Origin: a virus
Lineage: Duplodnaviria; Caudoviricetes
DNA: 64,000 nt
Strand: one strand, 5' to 3'
IMG/VR virus record: IMGVR_UViG_3300031867_000027
Span: 1-64,000 of that record
A program made the position numbers and the translations under genes. Shown piece after piece: positions 57,615 through 64,000 of the stretch (the first letter of the stretch is position 1; each line of letters opens with the position of its first letter). A model generated the notes under the pieces. That model was not told where the DNA came from. It did no database searches and saw nothing but the letters and a program-made list of their open reading frames with translations.

Positions 57615-57926
57615 ATGAATATTATGGATAATGAGTATTCAAATGAGTTTGATAAGCTCCGTAGGAATCGTGTAGAGGTCAGCTATTACAAATACGGTCC
57701 TGTACGAGATAACTTTGCATCCGGTAGGGTTGATGCTATCGGTAGTCTTGAACTCTGCCTTGAGAAGTTCAAAAAGACCCACAATACGGAGTACCTGCTC
57801 GACGTTGCTAATTATGCTATGTTTAGATATATGTACCCTTTACCCGGTGAGTTCTTCAAACAAACTGATAGTTCTGAAAGTGCAGGTACTATTGGTACGC
57901 CTATCAATATGGAGCGTGATTATTAA
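57615..57926 (+). CDS. Hypothetical protein, possibly nucleotide pyrophosphohydrolase-like
   Basis: EYLLDVANYAMF helical motif. Confidence 0.5.
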   Translation: MNIMDNEYSNEFDKLRRNRVEVSYYKYGPVRDNFASGRVDAIGSLELCLEKFKKTHNTEYLLDVANYAMFRYMYPLPGEFFKQTDSSESAGTIGTPINMERDY

Positions 57927-58252
57927 TGACAAATACTGTGTTGATTAAGTGGGATACCGGAGAGCTGGAATTAGATATGACCTGCTTCATTGATGATATG
58001 CCTGATAAATTTAAGTGTGAACGTATAGCTACTTTAGCGAAGGAATCCGATAGAAATTATGGTACATCTGTTGTTCCGGAACTACAACGGTACTGTTCTG
58101 ACTTCATACAGAATATGGATCATATTTATACGGATAAAAGAGCAACGACTAAGTGGAAGAAACAAATTAAGCAATTCACAGCTTTTCTGCTTGAACCCTT
58201 ACCTCAGCCGAAACCACAGATTGTAAAGCTTAAATCTATACGGTTGTTCTGA
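57926..58252 (+). CDS. Hypothetical protein ending KSIRLF
   Basis: TAATG coupling; shared C-terminal tail. Confidence 0.6.
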   Translation: MTNTVLIKWDTGELELDMTCFIDDMPDKFKCERIATLAKESDRNYGTSVVPELQRYCSDFIQNMDHIYTDKRATTKWKKQIKQFTAFLLEPLPQPKPQIVKLKSIRLF

Positions 58253-58258
58253 AAGAAG

Positions 58259-58534
58259 GTGGTCTGTGTGGATATTAATGTGAACGGATCTGATTTTGGA
58301 GCAGTAGTCAATTGTGCTGTAAGATATGCTGTCGGTAGAGCTACCTATATGCCTCATCTTGTAGTGGATTTTATAACTCCGATACTGTCAGAACTTGATG
58401 ATACTACATTATTTGTTATGCGTAGGGATATTGAAGAATCAGATAGTTTAGGTGATCCGAGGATAGATGCTCCGAAATGGAGAAAGCTTTTGCTTGACAT
58501 TAATCTTGAATTATTGCATCAAGCAAAAAAGTGA
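58259..58534 (+). CDS. Hypothetical phage protein
   Basis: CAVRYAVGRATYMP motif; operon position. Confidence 0.6.
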   Translation: MVCVDINVNGSDFGAVVNCAVRYAVGRATYMPHLVVDFITPILSELDDTTLFVMRRDIEESDSLGDPRIDAPKWRKLLLDINLELLHQAKK

Positions 58535-58623
58535 AATCATCAATCGTTATTATATATAGCAGCAGATACAATTGCTGTTATCATATCAAAATTACTAACA
58601 TATCGAAAGGAAAGTGATTAATT

Positions 58624-59322
58624 ATGGCATTTAAGAGTGTCGCAGAAATCAAGGCTACAAAGTATGATGGTAAGTTCATACTTGAAAACGATGGGGATTA
58701 TGCTGATGTAATATTCCTCTATCGTTCTGCTGAGGAGGTCGTAGCCGCAGATGTTCACTACATCAAGTCCTCTGATTACAATGGATATGTACACTGTCTT
58801 GGTAATGGCTGTCCTGCTTGTCTTAAGAACATCAGAACTCAGACAAAAATGTTCGTACCGCTGTATGTTCGGTCATTGAATGGTAATCCTGTAAATGAAC
58901 TTCAGTTCTGGGATAGAACATTGAAGTTTGAACCACAGCTTCAGACAGATCTCTTTAAGAAGGTACCGAAGCCCTCAGAGTATGTCTGCCGCATTACAAG
59001 AAATGGAGTTCACGGTGATGTCAACACACGCTACGCTATAACTCTTGTTGCTAATAACAAGGATATGCCTTATGACAAGGTTATGTCTGACAATAATACC
59101 AAGTTCCCGGACTTCTATGAGCATATCTGCAAGGAAGTTGATGCAGTTGTTCTGAATGCTTGGCTTGCTAACAGTGAGGGTGCATCCGTGAATACAGCTC
59201 TTCCTGACTATGTGGCTACACCCAGAGTAAGCGCAGCCGTAGCTCCGGTAGAAGTACCTGCTTCTGTTGAACTTCCTAATACGGATACGGATGAGATTAC
59301 AGAAGAAGTAGACTTTGATTAA
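58624..59322 (+). CDS. Single-stranded DNA-binding protein (gp32-like)
   Basis: VHY...C...CPAC zinc site, ITRNG..G..TRY, acidic tail EEVDFD; next to polymerase. Confidence 0.65.
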   Translation: MAFKSVAEIKATKYDGKFILENDGDYADVIFLYRSAEEVVAADVHYIKSSDYNGYVHCLGNGCPACLKNIRTQTKMFVPLYVRSLNGNPVNELQFWDRTLKFEPQLQTDLFKKVPKPSEYVCRITRNGVHGDVNTRYAITLVANNKDMPYDKVMSDNNTKFPDFYEHICKEVDAVVLNAWLANSEGASVNTALPDYVATPRVSAAVAPVEVPASVELPNTDTDEITEEVDFD

Positions 59323-59392
59323 TTAACAAAATCCCACTACATAATAGTATATCCACTACTTGTAGTGGGATTTCATTATTACAGGGAAGGTG

Positions 59393-62300
59393 ATGACAAT
59401 GGGGCTTTTTAGTAAAGTCCAAATGGAACAGATAAACGCAGCCGCAAAGAAGTGTACGCAGGTCACTGAGCCTAAGAAGAAGAAAACCAGCGCAAAATTC
59501 ATCAACTCAAAGGTAGATGCTATGTCTGCTAAGGTTATTGAGCACTTCAAAGACTCAACTGCGGAACTGATAACATCGGTAGACCAACTTCACGATTATA
59601 TCACCAAAATGTGTGAAGCTGGGATAGGTGCTATAGATACCGAGACTACCGGCCTTGACAGAATACAGGATACTATTGTGGGTGTATCACTATATTATCC
59701 CTGTGGTGTTGAGTGCTACATTCCCATAAAGCATATCATTCCTATATTTGAAGAGCCATATAAGGATCAGCTTACATATGAGCAGGTCGGAATAGAATTA
59801 CAAAGGTTAGTAGATAGTAAATGCAAACTTATATTTGCAAATGCGGACTTTGACCTTGCAATGATATTCAAAGACCTCAAGGTAGATCTGATTCCGGTAT
59901 GCTTTTATGATGTTATTTTGGCGTGGCGTTGTATCAAAGAGAACGAGAAGGATAATTCTCTTAAAGGTCTGTATACAAAGTATGTTGTCAAGGGTGCTAT
60001 AGATAGGATGAAGTTCTCAGATTTCTTTACACCCGAATTGTTCCCATACTGCAAACCCTCAGTTGCAAAGCTCTATGCCGCTGCTGATGCTAAGTATACA
60101 TATGATCTTTTTGTATGGCAGTTACCTTATCTTCAGAAAGACAATCCTAAGTGTCAGAAGCATCATCTTGAAGCGATTGCTGACCTTGTATGGGGGTTGG
60201 AACTGCCGCTTATAGCAGTTACACAGAATATGCATCGGAGAGGTGTGTATCTGGAATCATCGGTAGCAGATATGCTTAATGTGAAGTATAAGGCTTTGCT
60301 TGCTAAAGAACAGAGCGATATACAGGATAGCTTGAAGTCATATATGGATGATACTCAGTATTATACATCTGTGAAATGTCCATTTGGCGACTATAGCAAC
60401 TTCAACCCTAATAGCACTCAACACGTTCAGTGGGTTGTTTATGATTTGCTGAAACTTGACAGTAAGGGTAATGGCAGAAGCACCGATAAGGACGTATTAG
60501 GTCAGTTTAGTACACCTATAATCAAGCAGATACTTCATTATCGTAGTTTAGTTACCCTTATAGGTACATTTGTAGAAAAGCTGCCAATTGTTGCTGATTC
60601 AACACCTGATCACAAAATTCACTGTGAATTTAAGCAGGCAGGAACCGATACCGGCCGATATTCTTCACGGGATCCTAATATGCAGAACATACCTTCTCGA
60701 CAAGGCGATATCCGTAGAATGTTTAGAGCAACACCGGGATATGTAATGATGTCCTCAGACTACAGTTGACTGTTGGCGGTAGTCTTTAATCTAAACTCGG
60801 CTAATTCGATGAAAGCCTTGGGATTGTTTATTGGTTCACGCCCAAGTGTCAATATCGAGCAAGGCAGAGTAAAATCTGCCGTGTGGAGAGACTATCAAAA
60901 GCTATAAATTCTCCGTTTAGAGAAATCTATAAATACTGCCGATACGCATATTGGACGTATGTATGCGGTAGGGAGAGTTGAGAATAAGGCAGTAGCGATA
61001 CTGCACGAAGCAAGTAGAGTACAGCTCATATTGAGTTAGTGTATAGATGATATTAGTCTATTGTAAATCTATTAAATGGAAACACCGAGTACATTGTGTG
61101 AGTGGTAACAGCTTTACAGTGTAAAGAGTTAGTCCGATCCCTATGGTAACATAGGAAATCAACGATAACCTGTTGGATAATAACTTGTTGAATAATAACC
61201 TGTTGTGAGTTATCTTGTTGCATTTAACCTTATATGTATATTGAGGTGATGCTATATGGTTATATATACCATAACAAACAAGATTAACGGAAAAAAGTAT
61301 GTAGGTCGTACAGTGATGTCTATAAATTTACGTATAGATGGTCACAGAGCCGCATACAATCAGGGTGTACGCTATAAGTTGTATGATGCTGTGCGAGAAG
61401 CAGGTGGTTGGTATAACTTTGAGGTTGAAGTTATTGATTCATCTGCTAAAACCGAAGAAGAGTTGAATGCACTTGAAGCGTATTACATTGAGAAGTTTGA
61501 CTCCATTAACAATGGATATAATATGATTCCGGGTGGAGATTATAACCCAATGGATTACCCTGAGATTTCTGAAAAGCACGATGCAAAAATGCGAACACCC
61601 AAAGTACGAAATCAGATATCTGAATCTATGACAAATTATCGTAAGGATCATCCGTTCGATTATAAGCATAGGGTGGGTATTTCTGAGAATAAACGGAGTT
61701 TTTATGCATCAGAAGCAGGTCAGGCACTTTTAGCAAAACAAAAAGCTGATCATGATGCTAAAAGGAAGATATTGCAGGAACAAGGCAAGAAACCTTCAAA
61801 TAAACGCAGCGTGTATTGTGTAGATGAATCCGGCAATATAGTTGCAAAATTTCAATCTATGCAGGAAGCTGCTCGATGGTGGGATTCGATTAATAAAGTA
61901 TGTACAACCTTAGATGGCTATACCTCTAAGATTAGGCGTTCTTGTCAACAGAATAAGTATTATCACGGGTTAAAATGGCAATACGAATAATATTGTTAAT
62001 TGATTTAATCAGAACAACAAGAACCTAAACTAACAGCATATGTATCGCAAGAACCCAAAATGATAGATACATTCAAGAAGGGTAAGGATATATATGCTAC
62101 CATTGGATCTATTGCATTCAATGTTCCCTATGAGGACTGTTTAGAGTTTCATCCGGTAACACATGAGTATCAGCCAGAGGGTAAACTCAGGAGAACAAGA
62201 AGCAAACCAATGGTATTGGGTAGACCAAGTGTTTATGCCCCCTCAGTAGGTAGTCTTACAATAATAACTGCTGAGTGAAAATTTTGTGAACCCCATTACT

Positions 62301-63759
62301 CAGGGGTGTACAGTAGTATTACTGTGCTAACAGGGAAGCCTTATTATTAAGTTAAAGGTAATCCTGTGCCAAGTCTTTGAATCTCATATTTTTAATGAGG
62401 AGGTGATATATAATGGCTAAGACATTTAGAGTTTATATTATAACCAATACGGTTAATGATATGAAATATGTCGGTGTTACAAGTTAATCATTAAAAGAGC
62501 GATTTAGACAACATAAAGCGAGTGCTATGCTTAGATGTTCTAAAAGTCTTATACATCAAGCCAGTAGTACACATAAGATTTGTAAGGCATATGGTTATAC
62601 TTGGAGATTCAAAGAAAGGTCAATCGACTAATTATTAGGGTAGAAGATGAGTTGCTATCCGAAGCGCAAAAAACCCTTGTAAGACGGGGTTATGATATAG
62701 TCAGTGCCATTAGAAATAATGGAATAAACGATAAACTATGGGATGCAAGGTAAAGCCCTTGGTGAGAAGATATTCGGAGATGATGATTCCATATCTGAGG
62801 AAGAAAAGACTAAGCAGGCTAATAAGGTCTTTGATGCTGTAATGGCAGGATTTCCTGTGCTCAAACAAGCTATTGCAAATTGCAAAGCAAGAGCAAAGCA
62901 GATTGGCTATACCGAAACTATTCTCGGTAGACGTAGACATTTTCCTAACTTGCGAATGCCTCGCTTTGAGTTCAAAGCAGAGGATGGGTATATCAATCCG
63001 GATATAAACCCTCTTGATCCTACTACGCTTGATGCTAAAGATGATATTCCTGAGCGAATTCAGAAAGCCTTGTATAAGGAATTAGTATCTTATAAATACA
63101 ATGGTCAGGTATACAAGCGAATCAGACAGTTGCACGAACAGGAACACATAAAGGTGTTTAATAATTCATCTAAGATAGCAGAGTCTGAGAGAGAATCTTG
63201 GAATGCCGTAATACAAGGATCAGCGGCCGATCTTACAAAGATGGCTATGCTTAGACTTGAAACAGATCCGGAGTGGCAGGAGATAGGTGGTAGGCTTATA
63301 CTTCCTGTTCACGATGAGCTTATAGTTGAGGTACCCTTTGAGCATAGGGAGAAGGGTGCTGAGATATTAAAACGCTCAATGGAACAAGCCGGAAGTTTCT
63401 TACCATTCCCCATTAGCTGTGATATAGAAATGACCTTTAGATGGTATGGTTTAGAGGTAGATGATATACTGTCTTTCGATGCACCAACATCTATGGATTT
63501 TGATAATATGTCAGAATCAAATATCAAGTGGTTACAGAGTCGTTTATTTGAGCAGGGATATGTTATGCCTGTGTTTAAGAATGAGGATGGCTCTAAGCCT
63601 ATAGGTATCGCTGCTAAGGGTATCAACGGCAAGCTGTCAGATGAACTTAAATCTGCCTATGCAGATTATATACAGAAGTATGGTCTGACTTCTGATGAGC
63701 AGTTTATTCATCATATAGATACACTTGTATGTACAGGTATAGCTGAAAAACTGCAATAA
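59393..63759 (+). CDS. polA: Family A DNA polymerase split into three exons (59393-60766, 62015-62221, 62731-63759)
   Basis: DTETTGL exonuclease, TGRYSSRDPNMQNIP, DYS|QQEPK motif A, K..VLG|INYG motif B, IQGSAAD, VHDE motif C. Confidence 0.9.
61161..61220. repeat. 4 x 15-bp tandem repeat ending C(C/T)TGTTG
   Basis: aacgataacctgttg gataataacttgttg aataataacctgttg tgagttatcttgttg. Confidence 0.8.
61256..61990 (+). CDS. Intron-encoded GIY-YIG homing endonuclease
   Basis: VIYTITNKINGKKYVGRT...E..YI...NGYN. Confidence 0.9.
   Translation: MVIYTITNKINGKKYVGRTVMSINLRIDGHRAAYNQGVRYKLYDAVREAGGWYNFEVEVIDSSAKTEEELNALEAYYIEKFDSINNGYNMIPGGDYNPMDYPEISEKHDAKMRTPKVRNQISESMTNYRKDHPFDYKHRVGISENKRSFYASEAGQALLAKQKADHDAKRKILQEQGKKPSNKRSVYCVDESGNIVAKFQSMQEAARWWDSINKVCTTLDGYTSKIRRSCQQNKYYHGLKWQYE
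62222..62730 (+). mobile_element. Group I intron 2 in polA
   Basis: gggU pairs with gccc; P10 gtttat/ataaac; P7 tcgacta/tagtca; terminal G 62730. Confidence 0.88.
62413..62615 (+). pseudogene. Degenerate GIY-YIG endonuclease remnant in intron 2
   Basis: GAGGAGGTG RBS; MAKTFRVYIITNTVNDMKYVGVTS*SLKERFRQH...KAYGYTWRF with a stop and an internal deletion. Confidence 0.8.
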
Positions 63760-63825
63760 ACCAATCGTTATTATATGTGAGGGGGGTAGGATTACATCTA
63801 CCTCCCAGAAAGGAATTTGATAATT

Positions 63826-64000
63826 ATGAAGTTTACAGTATCAACAAAGCCACTCAAGGTAGCGGCTAACCTTGCTATCATCAAGGAAAATGTGTCAAAG
63901 CTCTATCAGAGATCTATTCTTTTGCAGCTCTCCGCTGATAAGACAGATCTCAGAATCAACACAGAGAGCAATTCTATCTTTTCAGAAGTAGTGCTCAAGG
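63826..64000 (+). CDS. Probable DNA sliding clamp (beta-clamp-like), truncated by window end
   Basis: MKFTVSTKPLKVAANLAI...LQLSADKTDLRINTE resembles the DnaN N-terminus; follows polA. Confidence 0.5.
   Translation, partial: MKFTVSTKPLKVAANLAIIKENVSKLYQRSILLQLSADKTDLRINTESNSIFSEVVLK

Larger units (their letters stand above)
60767..62014 (+). mobile_element. Group I intron 1 in polA
   Basis: 5' exon U pairs with G of IGS gcggtagtc; P3 ctcgg/ccgag; P7 gagacta/tagtcc; P9 cctatg-gtaa-catagg. Confidence 0.85.

Noticed and set aside
61161-61220. CRISPR or mini-array interpretation of short repeats here and at 45612
   Set aside because: Periods of 15 and 11 bp leave no spacers; no cas genes are present.
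60767-62730. Group II introns or inteins in polA
   Set aside because: No GTGYG start, domain V or reverse transcriptase; in-frame stops exclude inteins; group I P1/P3/P7 elements are present.
62060-63759. ORFs 62060-62278 and 62743-63759 as independent genes
   Set aside because: They are polA exons; motifs A and B are only complete after splicing.

Overview
The whole window reads as part of a large, probably temperate tailed-phage genome. The host is probably a Bacillota (Clostridia-like) bacterium, inferred from GGAGGTGA-type RBSs, TTGACA-N17-TATAAT promoters, RecU and a SleB-like hydrolase. No host genes are visible. Contents: SNF2 helicase, RecU, HD hydrolase, holin-like genes, ThyX, UvrD, a MazF-like toxin, SbcC, an S1 protein, a ~2.1 kb structured RNA cluster with three tRNAs plus CCA-ended tRNA-like elements, seven DNA methyltransferase genes, an AcrVA2-like protein, a large serine integrase, three sigma-like genes, an antirepressor/repressor pair, and a replication module (DnaB, primase, SSB, PolA split by two group I introns, start of a probable beta-clamp). 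Four features stand out. (1) About 13 genes share a basic N-terminal leader (MKRYI.../...[VI]xA[SA]) that also recurs internally as a linker in 1517-aa and 564-aa multi-domain proteins, suggesting a capsid-cargo tag plus protease-processed polyproteins. (2) Three promoter classes line up with three sigma-like genes. (3) A shared C-terminal [KR]LF tail on most methyltransferases may tether them to the phage clamp. (4) The RNA cluster contains tRNA mimics. All family calls are from visual motif recognition, not database searches.
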